The translations under genes were made by a program, and so were the position numbers. A stretch of DNA of 63,688 bases, counting the filler, from an uncultured Chlamydiae bacterium (GTDB taxonomy: Bacteria > Chlamydiota > Chlamydiia > Chlamydiales > SM23-39): NCBI GenBank assembly GCA_937899275.1. It is 4 parts of 4 records of this genome, joined end to end, with 100 filler letters (N's around TTAATTAATTAA, not from the genome) between each part and the next. Parts side by side here need not be neighbours in the genome. Positions count along the whole stretch, not along the records: positions 1 to 30,337 come from CALBPE010000036.1; 3 more parts are not named here. The stretch is one strand, 5' to 3'. The notes beneath the pieces are model-generated. The model was not told the DNA's origin and did no database searches. It was given only the letters and a program-made list of their open reading frames with translations. Positions 1 through 9,775 of the stretch are shown piece by piece (position 1 is the first letter of the stretch; each line of letters begins with the position of its first letter).

Positions 1-390
1 GATTTCAAATAGCTCAATAAGAAAATTGAGCTGGTTTAGGTAAGAGTTTTTGTCGAGCTCATATACTTTTGCCAAAAGATCAAAGGTATCTTTTGGAGGT
101 AAATGGTACCAAAGCTGGCTTCTTTGTCCGAAGACAGTGCCGATACAAAACCCTAGCTCTTTTCTTTGTTTCGAAGGAATTTTACCCAATACAAACACCT
201 CTCCAGACGTAGGGTGTAAAATCCCTGTTAACATCTTAATAGTCGTGGATTTCCCTGCGCCATTAGGTCCTATGAATGCTACTTTTTCTCCCTCTTGTAT
301 CGAGAGATCTAATTGAGAAATAGCAGTGACAATCTGTTTTTTTAGGGAAAAGTGTTTGGTAAGATTGCGTAATTCAATAGCTAAACACAT
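1..390 (-). CDS. ABC transporter ATP-binding protein (ABC-2 type), runs off the window start
   Basis: Manual minus-strand translation [14 protein letters not shown]...[25 protein letters not shown]...VFGQRSQLW shows a Walker A motif and Q-loop; GGGAGG RBS upstream. The + strand ORF 50..316 is its antisense shadow. Confidence 0.92.
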   Translation of the reverse strand, partial: MCLAIELRNLTKHFSLKKQIVTAISQLDLSIQEGEKVAFIGPNGAGKSTTIKMLTGILHPTSGEVFVLGKIPSKQRKELGFCIGTVFGQRSQLWYHLPPKDTFDLLAKVYELDKNSYLNQLNFLIELFEI

Positions 391-501
391 ACAAAATACC
401 CTCCCATAAAAGATAGAAAAAGTCTATGTTTTTTCTTGCCCTTCAAAAGGGATTGCTGTAAATTATGCGTAAGTATAAATCTTTTTTCAGGCGAATCTTC
501 T

Positions 502-1293
502 ATGGTATCTTCTGTAAACAACTTTGTACCCGAAAAATTACCTTCAGCTGAAGAGTCTCTGCCTATTGAGCGCCGATTTTGCAACCATGTGAAGTCTTCT
601 CTAGAAAATTTTTTACGCATCGATAAAACAGTTTGTGCGGCTATTCAGACTCCTACAGTAGATACCATTTCTCAGCTTGCTATCCATGTTTTTGCATCGT
701 ATGTTGCATTTTTAAGCCCTGTACTTCTTGCTTATAGTGTGTTTGTTGGCGTAACTATTCAAGCAGCTTTTTCCACTCTTTTTACCCCCGTTGTAGAAGA
801 TGGTATGCCCGATTTTTTCAAAGAAAAACATGCGATTTTTCATATAGCTGTAGGTGCGCTTTTGTCATTTCCTCTAGGTTATGTAGCGCATAAAATCAGC
901 TCTTTTTTCTTAACCGGTAGTTTTTGTTCTTCTAACTTGATCCTGTCTCATTCCCTTTGTCATTCAACAGGTATTAGAGAAGCTGCAAGGCGCTTTGTTC
1001 AATGCTTTATTTTGCCTACAGTAGCCGAGATTTTCCTCCGCTCTTATGAAAAGATTGCATTAGACGAAGTAGCAAACGAAAAAAAACCGGCCAAAGCTTT
1101 TTTCACCGCGCTCAAAACCAACGCAGTTTTTGCTTTGATTTGCCTTAATCATTTTGAAGGTTTGAGCAATGTTGCAAGGGGCACCTACTATTTTCTTTTA
1201 GGTATGAGTAGAAGTCTAATGCGCTATATAACAGACGGCTTTTCTTCTTCGATCTCTTTTCGTATTACGAGAAATATATTCACAAGGTTTTAG
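502..1293 (+). CDS. Multi-pass membrane protein, degenerate CPBP/Abi (CAAX protease)-like
   Basis: Several TM segments; AEIFLR, FALICLNH and RITRN lie at positions resembling the EExxFR, FxxxH and HxxxN motifs. ATG 502 preferred over TTG 436. Confidence 0.5.
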   Translation: MVSSVNNFVPEKLPSAEESLPIERRFCNHVKSSLENFLRIDKTVCAAIQTPTVDTISQLAIHVFASYVAFLSPVLLAYSVFVGVTIQAAFSTLFTPVVEDGMPDFFKEKHAIFHIAVGALLSFPLGYVAHKISSFFLTGSFCSSNLILSHSLCHSTGIREAARRFVQCFILPTVAEIFLRSYEKIALDEVANEKKPAKAFFTALKTNAVFALICLNHFEGLSNVARGTYYFLLGMSRSLMRYITDGFSSSISFRITRNIFTRF

Positions 1294-1885
1294 CGTTTAG
1301 TTTCGTATCTTGAGGGTGAGTATATTGCCAACCTAATACACCTAGACGTGCCGTAAAAACCATACCTACAGTTGTTGTTACTTTAAAAAATGTTCGCGAA
1401 TACATGCAGTACTGACTCTCACGATTCATGCATGTACTTGCAGTGACCATGTTGTTTCCAAATGATAGGCAGAAACATGTACTTGCTACAGCTATAATAA
1501 TACATACATTTGCGCATTGCTCTACTTTGTATTTAAATCCTTTCATTGTGCACTCTGCGCCATCTCCTAGCTTCCTTGCTATATCACTAGTACGTTCTGA
1601 TATCGCAACAGCTGCGATGTCTACTGTTTTAGCAGCCTTGTTTTCAAGACTGTTATAAGTCTTTTCAGTTTTTTGTAATAATTTATAACTTCCGCCTACA
1701 ATACCGCATGCAACTCCTGTGCATATACAAGACGGAATGGCAGCAACGGTCAATGCACCTGTACAACCTAAGGCAGCTACTGAACCACCTAATCCTAAAG
1801 CAAAAGAAAGAGAGCCCCAATTGGTAATGGGTGTATTGTCTGTATTTATTGACTGAGGAATTTTATTTGGCATGAGTGACTCCAC
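1280..1885 (-). CDS. Hypothetical Cys-rich membrane protein, Inc-like
   Basis: About 40-aa bilobed hydrophobic segment (LSFALGLGGSVAALGCTGALTVAAIPSCICTGVACGIVGG), then a helical region and two more hydrophobic segments; AT-rich upstream region. Confidence 0.6.
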   Translation of the reverse strand: MESLMPNKIPQSINTDNTPITNWGSLSFALGLGGSVAALGCTGALTVAAIPSCICTGVACGIVGGSYKLLQKTEKTYNSLENKAAKTVDIAAVAISERTSDIARKLGDGAECTMKGFKYKVEQCANVCIIIAVASTCFCLSFGNNMVTASTCMNRESQYCMYSRTFFKVTTTVGMVFTARLGVLGWQYTHPQDTKLNAKTL

Positions 1886-2013
1886 TTAAATGTGATAAAA
1901 AAATTAATATAAATTTATTTTGAATAAGGGTTTTTTATCAACTTTTTAGAAAATTTTTGAAAAATTCTCAGGGATGAATGGATTTTAAATCCCATTTTTC
2001 TTACAAAAAAAAC

Positions 2014-3126
2014 ATGCGTGGATCGATTGTTCTTTTTCTTGTGATGATTTGTATACTAACAAGCTCTTGTAGTGTAAGCAGCCAGTCTACTTTGTACGGA
2101 ATGGGGGGAAGGGCTGCTTACAACCAATCTTTGCAAATGACAAATAACGAGCAGATGCTTCTCAATCTTGTGCGGCTTCGGTATTTAGATACCCCTTTTT
2201 TTTTAAATGTAAGTAATGTAACTACCCAATTCACTTATCGAACAACGGGAACAGCAGAAATCCCTATACCAGGATTTACCAATGATAACCCCTCGATATT
2301 AGGTGGAGAAGTCTTTTGGCAAAACCAGCCAACGATTCAGTATACGCCTTTAGAAGGACACGCCTTTGCCTCACAATTGTTAAGTCCTATTGAGCTTGCT
2401 ACGCTACAAAGAGTCATCTTATCTGGTTGGGATTTAGATCTGGTATTTCGTCTAGCTATCCAGAGTTTTGATGACTTTTTAAATGCACCAGAAGCCTCGG
2501 GACCTATTCCAGAATACATCCCTAAATACCAAAGTTTTTTTGAGGTAACGGAGCTTTTTCGTTATTTTCAAAAGCGCTCAGAACTGCAAATTGGGGTGAA
2601 GATCAGTAAGTGTCCAAAAGAGCATTCTACCCCTGATAAAAAAGCGTACCTACTGCAAATTGCTTTTCCTTTAGGTAGCAAAGAAGCAGATCAGCTTGCA
2701 GGGCTTTTATCAGGCGTGGTGATAAAAAATGAGCACTACGTATTGAACTTAGAACTTGGTTTTAATAAAAAAGGGAAAATTGGCATCATGCCCCGCTCGA
2801 TTTTATCATGCATGTACTATTTATCGAGCGGTGTAAAAGTACCGAAAGAAGATATTGCTTTTGGCTACGCACCTACTACCCTTGGAACAGAGGGAGAAGC
2901 GTTTGATTGGCACGATGTTGTAGGAGAGCTTATGCGGGTTTACTGCTCTAAATGTAGACCAAGACGATCTTATGTATCGATCTATTATAAAGATCATTGG
3001 TTTTTCATCCGAGATGATGATCTTTTATCGAAAAAAACGTTTGTTCTGTTATTACAGCTGTACAATTTACAGTCGCAAGAAGTACAATCTGCAGGGCCTG
3101 TGCTTACTTTGCCTATAGGCGGATAA
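2014..3126 (+). CDS. Uncharacterised lipoprotein
   Basis: Signal peptide with lipobox LTSSC from ATG 2014; ORF track starts at 1978. Confidence 0.75.
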   Translation: MRGSIVLFLVMICILTSSCSVSSQSTLYGMGGRAAYNQSLQMTNNEQMLLNLVRLRYLDTPFFLNVSNVTTQFTYRTTGTAEIPIPGFTNDNPSILGGEVFWQNQPTIQYTPLEGHAFASQLLSPIELATLQRVILSGWDLDLVFRLAIQSFDDFLNAPEASGPIPEYIPKYQSFFEVTELFRYFQKRSELQIGVKISKCPKEHSTPDKKAYLLQIAFPLGSKEADQLAGLLSGVVIKNEHYVLNLELGFNKKGKIGIMPRSILSCMYYLSSGVKVPKEDIAFGYAPTTLGTEGEAFDWHDVVGELMRVYCSKCRPRRSYVSIYYKDHWFFIRDDDLLSKKTFVLLLQLYNLQSQEVQSAGPVLTLPIGG

Positions 3127-3145
3127 ACGTTACTACACTGTACTT

Positions 3146-3499
3146 ATGAACTTACTGAACCTAGCCGCTGCATCGATCTTGTATTTTGTGGGGAAACGCT
3201 TTTGGTATTCTACCTATCTTTTTGGAGCAGGCTCTCCTGCAGCTTTTTTCCGCATCTCTAAAAAAAAGCTGCTCGTGGAATATTTTTCATCTTGTCTACT
3301 TTCCTTAAGCATGGAGTTTCTTTTATCGTGTTTAGGCTCTCCTTCTACGTTAAACGGCGTAACTTTAGGAGCGTTTTTATGGCTGCTTATTGTGGTTCCC
3401 TCGTTTGGGCTATCTTCTTATGCTGGATCTAATGTAGCCTCCGATCTATTATTTCAGCTGGTAGGTCTTCTTTTTCTCGGCGCTTTTTTAGGATCGTGA
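3146..3499 (+). CDS. Small 4-TM membrane protein (DUF1761-like)
   Basis: 117 aa, hydrophobic, N-terminal AAASILYFVGKRFWYSTYLFG motif. Confidence 0.6.
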   Translation: MNLLNLAAASILYFVGKRFWYSTYLFGAGSPAAFFRISKKKLLVEYFSSCLLSLSMEFLLSCLGSPSTLNGVTLGAFLWLLIVVPSFGLSSYAGSNVASDLLFQLVGLLFLGAFLGS

Positions 3500-4686
3500 T
3501 GCAAGAAGAAAAAACTCCCATTTTACTGATTACCTCTTCTGCAGGAGGCGGACATACCACAGCTGCCGATGCAATCCAAGATGCGCTGCAGGTCGATGCT
3601 AGTGAAATACCTCGTATTGATCTGATCATAGATTTTGGTCCTTTTTATGGACGCATGCTTTCTAATTTGTGGAATAAAGCGCAAAAACAAGGTAGCCTTA
3701 CCGCTTTAAATTGGATGGGGAAACAAAAACGGCTTATCGACGCGCTTTTATATTGGAGTGAATTTCGAAAATGATTGCGCTATCTTTTCCGTTACAAGCC
3801 GGCTAGAGTGATCGATACCCAACCTCTTGGAACCAAGCCTCTTCTGCGGGCTATTCGGGTGTATAATGCAAAATACAATACGAAGGTTCGTTTGGAAAAA
3901 TACATAACAGATGTGCCTACAAAAGGAGCTGTCCATTTTTTCTCCAGGATGCAGCGGCTTTCTGATAGGGAAAGAAAAGATCTCGACGTAATGGCTATTG
4001 CCCCTTTTTTGGAAAAAGGGCAGACCGAAAAAGAATTTTGGTATAAGCACACCAAGCTTCCTGCAAAGCAGATTCATATTTTGCAAAACCCGTTTCTACG
4101 AAAAGAGTTTTTTCCCTACATAGGAAAAAACCGAGAGGAAACAGCGGAAAAAAATGGCGCTTTTTCTATACCGATGACGCCCTTTTCTTCTGCAAAAAAA
4201 CAGACGCTTTCTTTGAAAAAAAATGCTTTTTTGATCACCTTTATTCTAGGTGCAAACCCTCCTAAAAAAGCGCTTTACAGCTATATAGAAAAGCTGCAGA
4301 AGATGTCTTTTACTATTCCTTGTTTTGCAGTGTTTTGCGGCTGCACTGAAGATATACACCAATTGTGCAATCCGTTTTCTACTAGTCAAAAAGGATCTAT
4401 TTGTACGCATATACTACCGCTGCAAACAGCATCTACTATTGCTCCTCTTATCCATAGAAGCGATCTACTCATCATGAAATCAGGAGGACAAACAGTGATG
4501 GAAGCGTTAGGAGTAGCTACAGGAGATATGTATATCCATAGCGAACATACAGAAGGTATACAAGGAATCGCTTGTTGGGAAAAAAATAACGCAGAGTATC
4601 TTATGCAAAAAAGAGGCGCAAAAATTGTATCTACAAAGTCATTTAGCAGTCTTTTACAAGAGTCTATTGAAAAGCATCTAGCCTAA
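3496..4686 (+). CDS. MGDG synthase/UgtP-like glycosyltransferase (GT-B fold), interrupted by in-frame TGA at 3772-3774
   Basis: N-terminal SSAGGGHTTAADAI and C-terminal DLLIMKSGGQTVMEA...WEKNNAEYL; the two track ORFs are in the same frame. Confidence 0.8.
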
Positions 4687-4690
4687 ATTT

Positions 4691-5209
4691 TTACTGAATT
4701 AGATGTCGCATCAACCCATTCCAATCCTGATCTTCTAATAAAGGGATGATTTCTTCTACTTGTAAGTCCAGCTCTTTTGCAAAGGGAGCTGCATGGCAAA
4801 GGAGCTCGCCTGTTTCATGTTTTGCTCGTAAATTTGCAGCAAGATCGCGCATGAAAAGGGGATGCTTGATGAAGTCGTTGAAAATTTTACTCATGCACTG
4901 TTTTAAATAGGGACTACTGAAAATGATCTCTAAAAATTTCAACGGATGCACGTGGGTAATCTCTTCTCCCATGCGGTAAAAATCAGACCGGTTGGCAGCA
5001 AGCCATAAGATATTTCTTTCTGCGGTATTGCTGATAATGATGTGGATGGTATCGCGGTCTTTATCTGTGCACTTTAGCTGATGATACGGCAGCTTTTTAT
5101 GTTTTTGCGGTCGGATAAATTTCGCTTCTAGATACCTTGCAGAAGTGGTTTCTACAATAGCGCTAGGCGCTTTACAGTCGCCATATTCTTGGATGAGTGC
5201 GTCAAACAT
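4691..5209 (-). CDS. Hypothetical protein
   Basis: 172-aa ORF, 5 bp downstream of 5215..6075 on the same strand. Confidence 0.75.
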   Translation of the reverse strand: MFDALIQEYGDCKAPSAIVETTSARYLEAKFIRPQKHKKLPYHQLKCTDKDRDTIHIIISNTAERNILWLAANRSDFYRMGEEITHVHPLKFLEIIFSSPYLKQCMSKIFNDFIKHPLFMRDLAANLRAKHETGELLCHAAPFAKELDLQVEEIIPLLEDQDWNGLMRHLIQ

Positions 5210-5214
5210 ACAGA

Positions 5215-6075
5215 TTATTTTTTGTTCTTTTTAGATTGTACCAAAAACGTGAATAAATCGCCTTGACCCTCTTGGTTTTTACCGCTTACATGACGAAATC
5301 TTTCCGCCATGGTCTTTTTATTTACACCGAAGTCCTTACAAAAATTGGTAAAATCGGCGTCATTTGGATTTACGTCGTATATACGTAGATTTTCTTGGAT
5401 ATAGCGGCAAAACTCGTCCCAAATGCAGACGAAAAATTTCTGTTTTAGCGGATCGTTGGAACGGCATTTGTAAGCTGGATTGGGTATAGACGTCGATCTA
5501 GTTCGTATCTTTTGTATTAGCTGTTTTCCCTTTTCTGTTAAGGTCATTTCTTTCAATGATTCTAAAACGGGTATTTTTTCTAGTTCTGCTTTTTTTAAAC
5601 TTAACCAGCCTAAACTGAAGACGCTTCCGTTTGCCAAAGTCTCTAGCATCTCTTCCAGCAGGTTTTTTTGCTCTGAAGATATGTTCGTCTGGAGCACTTT
5701 AGGAGGAGGCTTCGGATGAGAAATGGGATTTTTCTCTGGTTTGGATGGATCTACTGTTTCGAAAAAAGATGGAGGAAAATCAAGCCTCTTTTTTTTCCTT
5801 TTTTTTCTTGCGCCATACGCTACTATGCGGTTTATTGCTTGGATTTCTCGGGCAAATAACGCGCAAAAAGACACAATATAGAAAACAGTGATTCGAAATA
5901 TTTCTGCATCTTCTTTTTGTTCCTTAGATTGTATTGTAGATTTAGCATATTGCGAGCTATCTATTGTAGGCTTGCAGCTGTTTTTAGCGGTTTGTACAGG
6001 CTGAGAAAAAATACACGGAGAAGAGAGAGAAGAAATCAGTTCCTCTTCTTCACCTACTATAGGATCAATAGTCAT
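5215..6075 (-). CDS. Hypothetical protein with one hydrophobic segment and a basic KKRKKKR stretch
   Basis: 286-aa ORF; C-terminal half resembles the adjacent 172-aa protein. Confidence 0.7.
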   Translation of the reverse strand: MTIDPIVGEEEELISSLSSPCIFSQPVQTAKNSCKPTIDSSQYAKSTIQSKEQKEDAEIFRITVFYIVSFCALFAREIQAINRIVAYGARKKRKKKRLDFPPSFFETVDPSKPEKNPISHPKPPPKVLQTNISSEQKNLLEEMLETLANGSVFSLGWLSLKKAELEKIPVLESLKEMTLTEKGKQLIQKIRTRSTSIPNPAYKCRSNDPLKQKFFVCIWDEFCRYIQENLRIYDVNPNDADFTNFCKDFGVNKKTMAERFRHVSGKNQEGQGDLFTFLVQSKKNKK

Positions 6076-6153
6076 AAGAAATACGTATAAAAAGACTCTA
6101 GTAATCTAAGGAAAAGATCTTTTATCATCAAGTAAAACACTGCATAAATTGTC

Positions 6154-7044
6154 ATGAAAAAATCCTTTTTTTTTGCTTTTTTACTACTGTATTTTGCAGG
6201 AGCTACGCATCTTTGGCATCAGGTAACGGCAGGTTTTGCCATGAGAAAAATCGACCCTGCCCCTTTTATGGGGATGCTAGATGCTTTTTTGAAAACGCAC
6301 CCAGAAAAAACGGGTTTTTCCCATCAAAATAGCCCGCCCCTTCAGGGTAGGTTTACCTACCTAGGAAAGGGGCGTCAGTGTTACGTGTTTTCCAGTACAG
6401 ATGGAAAAATGGTGTTAAAACTCTACCGCTACCACCTTCTTTTTCCGTCGATGCAAGAGCGTCTTTATGGATTTTTTTTTGGAACGCCCCCCAAAAAAGA
6501 TGGGGGTAGACTGGAAAATTACCTTACCAGCTGCCTTCTTGCCGAAAGCTGCGCCTCTCAGCAGTCAGGGCTGATTGCTTTTCATCTACCTGAATCATCA
6601 TGCAAAAAGCGCATTGTCACCATTTGTGATCGTTTAGGGCGCATGTACCCAATCGATCTATCGAAACAGGTGTATGTGCTACAAAAACAAGGCATCGATT
6701 TAGGAAAACAGCTCCAAGAAGAGCTCAGAATGCACAATAAAAAGCGTTTTTTTTCTTTAGTAGACGCCTACTTGCGTCTTCAAGTGGACGTTAGGAAAAA
6801 GGGACTAGAAAATCAGGATCCCTGCCCTCTAAGAAATGCAGGGTATCTTCCCGATGATGGAACGGTATTTGATCTAGATATTGGAAGGTATGTAAAAAAA
6901 GATCCTTGTATAACACAAAAACAGCTGCACGCTTCTCTAGTAAAATCGTCTTCTTCACTAAGGCGTATGTTAGAAAGGCTTCGCCCCTCTTGGTTACAAG
7001 AACTGAGCCGATCAATCGATGCTACAGCAAAAAAAGGTCTTTAA
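6154..7044 (+). CDS. Signal-anchored protein kinase-like fold protein
   Basis: N-terminal hydrophobic segment; LGKGRQCYVF Gly-loop, VLKLY lysine, QDPCPLRNAG catalytic-loop-like and DIGR (DFG-like) motifs. Confidence 0.6.
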   Translation: MKKSFFFAFLLLYFAGATHLWHQVTAGFAMRKIDPAPFMGMLDAFLKTHPEKTGFSHQNSPPLQGRFTYLGKGRQCYVFSSTDGKMVLKLYRYHLLFPSMQERLYGFFFGTPPKKDGGRLENYLTSCLLAESCASQQSGLIAFHLPESSCKKRIVTICDRLGRMYPIDLSKQVYVLQKQGIDLGKQLQEELRMHNKKRFFSLVDAYLRLQVDVRKKGLENQDPCPLRNAGYLPDDGTVFDLDIGRYVKKDPCITQKQLHASLVKSSSSLRRMLERLRPSWLQELSRSIDATAKKGL

Positions 7045-7511
7045 AAAGAAGTGGTAGAGCGGGCCTGTGTACAAATCGTTGTGAAATGGGTTTTTGTAAT
7101 CGGCTGAATGGATAGTCTAGAGCCTTTTCTTAGAAGCATCATATCTTGCAGCTCGGGGATTTCTCGCATCTGTTTTAACAGGACAAAATGGGGGAATTTT
7201 TCTAGAAATTGCACATCCACATGGTACCAAATCGGTCTTTCTACGGACGCTCTTTTATCGTAGTAGATGCTTTCGGGGTCTAAGGCGGTATCGTCGGGAT
7301 ACGGTTTCGAGATGATTTTACCAAGACCTGCAGCTCCTAAAGGAGGGGTATTGGAATGGTAAAAAATGATAAGATCGCCTATCTCCATATCTTGCATCAT
7401 GAAATTTCTTGCTTGGTAGTTACGTACCCCTTCCCAAGGTGAAAACCCTTCTTTTGCAAAATCATCGATAGAATACGATTTTGGCTCTGACTTCATGATC
7501 CAATAGCGCAT
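7041..7511 (-). CDS. EVE domain protein
   Basis: MRYWIMKSEP, WEGVRNYQARN and RLSIQP signature motifs. Confidence 0.95.
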   Translation of the reverse strand: MRYWIMKSEPKSYSIDDFAKEGFSPWEGVRNYQARNFMMQDMEIGDLIIFYHSNTPPLGAAGLGKIISKPYPDDTALDPESIYYDKRASVERPIWYHVDVQFLEKFPHFVLLKQMREIPELQDMMLLRKGSRLSIQPITKTHFTTICTQARSTTSF

Positions 7512-7570
7512 AAATCCTCTTGTTTTGGATTATTTTACAATATATGTTGAAGAATAACAAGGAAGTGTCC

Positions 7571-8860
7571 ATGTCCTTTCTGTCTTCTATACGAAAACAT
7601 CAAAAAAGGTGGCAAAGAGCGCTTTTTCGGGGGAAGCTGCCTGAAAAAAAGATCCCACGGTGGATCTATATGACCATCCGGGCAATTGTGTTAGGTTTTA
7701 AGCAGTTTCGGAGGCATAAAGGCGCTTTTGTAGCTTCGCATTTGACGTTTTACTCTTTGCTATCTTTTGTGCCCATCTTAGCGATTGTATTCGCAATCTC
7801 TCGAGGTTTTGGAGTAGAGGAGTCGTTAGAGCATCTTATCTATTCCTATTTTATTGAGCAAAAACAAGCGGCAAAGCTCCTTTTGCAGTTTGTGCATAAT
7901 ATATTACAAGAGACTAGAAGCTATATTATTGCAGGGGGAGGGATTTTTTTTCTTTTATGGAGCGCCTACCGCGTACTTTCTCAAATAGAGTCTGCTATGA
8001 ACCGGATATGGCAGTGTTCTTCCCGTTCTTTTGGAAGGAAATTTAGCGAGTATGGATGTTTTTTGTTGGTGATACCGCCTTTATTTATCAGCGCAAACAG
8101 CGTGCGGATTTTTTTGATTACAAAAGGGGGCTTTATCATAGGATGGAAGTCTTTACTCAGCGCGGTTACTTCTTTTAGCATCATTTCTGTGGTATTTACT
8201 TCGTTTTATCTTTGGATGCCCAATACGAAAGTACCTAAACTTCCCGCATGTTTTGCTGGCGTATTTAGCGGAGCGCTCTATCAAAGCGTGCAGTGGGTCT
8301 ATGTGTTTTTTCAGATAGGGGCTTCTAGGTATAATGCAATTTATGGCAGCTTTGCTGCGCTACCCTTATTTTTGATCTGGCTGGTGATTAGCTGGAGGAT
8401 TGCTCTTCTAGGCGCAGAATGCGCCTACGGACTGCAAGTCGTCCTAGAAACAAAAGGGGGCTCTGCGATGCTGATCCCAGGAAAAACGTCCCATCAGCTA
8501 TCTATAAGGGGCAAAAAAGCGCTTCTTTTATGGATGGTGTATCGAGCGGCGAAAAAACAACAAAAGGGAGCGCCTATCACAAAAAAAGAGCTTATGCAGC
8601 CTATTCATGTAGAGCATAGGTTTATTGAGCCTCTTGTAGAACAGCTGATCGCCGCGCATATTTTATGTCCTATTATTATGCAAAAAGTTACCTATTATGT
8701 GGTTTGGGAAAACGTATTAAATCAACCTTTGAAAAAATGGATACACCGCTTAGACCCTAAAGGCATGCTCCTTCCTATAGTGGATGATCCCCGATTTTCT
8801 CAGATCGTTTCTTACTTAGAAAAACAGCAAGAAGATACTGCAACACTACAGGAGTTATAG
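7571..8860 (+). CDS. YihY/BrkB family membrane protein
   Basis: LTFYSLLSFVP, IESAMNRIW and YNAIYGSFAALPLFLIW motifs. Confidence 0.92.
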   Translation: MSFLSSIRKHQKRWQRALFRGKLPEKKIPRWIYMTIRAIVLGFKQFRRHKGAFVASHLTFYSLLSFVPILAIVFAISRGFGVEESLEHLIYSYFIEQKQAAKLLLQFVHNILQETRSYIIAGGGIFFLLWSAYRVLSQIESAMNRIWQCSSRSFGRKFSEYGCFLLVIPPLFISANSVRIFLITKGGFIIGWKSLLSAVTSFSIISVVFTSFYLWMPNTKVPKLPACFAGVFSGALYQSVQWVYVFFQIGASRYNAIYGSFAALPLFLIWLVISWRIALLGAECAYGLQVVLETKGGSAMLIPGKTSHQLSIRGKKALLLWMVYRAAKKQQKGAPITKKELMQPIHVEHRFIEPLVEQLIAAHILCPIIMQKVTYYVVWENVLNQPLKKWIHRLDPKGMLLPIVDDPRFSQIVSYLEKQQEDTATLQEL

Positions 8861-9775
8861 ATGCAAAGCTATCCCATCTATTTTACCCCCCTATATAAAG
8901 ACTACGTTTGGGGTGGAAGAAAATTAGTAGATCTATGCGGCAGATCTATTCCCTATACTAAAGCAGCAGAATCTTGGGAAATCGCCGATCGAAAAGAGGG
9001 GATGAGTATCGTGGAAAATGGCGTATACCAAGGTCTTTCTTTACATGATCTTGTCCGCCTTTACGGCAAAGAGCTGATGGGAGAACGGGAAGAGAAATTC
9101 CCTCTTCTCATTAAGCTAATTGATGCAAAACAAAGCTTAAGCGTGCAGGTGCATCCCGGCGATGCACAAAAAAGCCCTCTTATCGAGCCGAAAACAGAGC
9201 TTTGGTATGTGTTAGAAGCCGCTGCAAGCGGCGGGGTATTTGCTGGGTTTTCTCAACAAATGACGCCTACTACTTTTGTAAAAGCAGTAGAAGAAAAAGA
9301 GCTTCTCTCTTATTTACAGCGAAAAGAGGTAAAAAAAGGGGACGCAGTTTTTATCCCTGGAGGGATGATCCATGCTATTTTACAGGGAACTTTTTTACTG
9401 GAGATTCAGGAAAATTCCGATACTACCTACAGGATCTATGACTGGCAAAGAGGGAGAAAGCTGCATATTCCAGAGGCGCTTTCTGTTTTAGATTGGGAGA
9501 TCAATCCCCCTATTTTATGCGCGCAAAAAAAGGGTAAAAACTGCACAAAAGTGCATCAATCCCCCCATTTTTCTATAGAAAAATGGACAACAAGTCAGCT
9601 TTGGAAAGGGCCTTTTTCCCGTTTTTCTATTATCTTTCTTTTGGAGGGGAAAGGATCTATTCAAGTGGATGATGTGGTAGAAGATCTTACACCTTTTAGA
9701 GCGTGTCTTATCCCAGCTAGCGCCTCTTTTTTTTCTATAGAGCTACAAAAAGGTAGCTATTTGCGCATCTGGTAG
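8861..9775 (+). CDS. manA: Mannose-6-phosphate isomerase, class I
   Basis: VWGG, ESWE, LSVQVHP, KTELWY, HAI and EIQENSDTTYRIYDW motifs. Confidence 0.92.
   Translation: MQSYPIYFTPLYKDYVWGGRKLVDLCGRSIPYTKAAESWEIADRKEGMSIVENGVYQGLSLHDLVRLYGKELMGEREEKFPLLIKLIDAKQSLSVQVHPGDAQKSPLIEPKTELWYVLEAAASGGVFAGFSQQMTPTTFVKAVEEKELLSYLQRKEVKKGDAVFIPGGMIHAILQGTFLLEIQENSDTTYRIYDWQRGRKLHIPEALSVLDWEINPPILCAQKKGKNCTKVHQSPHFSIEKWTTSQLWKGPFSRFSIIFLLEGKGSIQVDDVVEDLTPFRACLIPASASFFSIELQKGSYLRIW

Noticed and set aside
50..316. + strand 88-aa ORF and the many other short antisense or alternate-frame ORFs (e.g. 42455..42763, 43452..43778, 50398..50733)
   Set aside because: They are shadows of well-supported genes on the opposite strand or in another frame.
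7041..7511. EVE protein (or MazG at 58545) as part of an anti-phage system
   Set aside because: Both are stand-alone housekeeping-type genes with no nuclease, toxin or other defence partners nearby.
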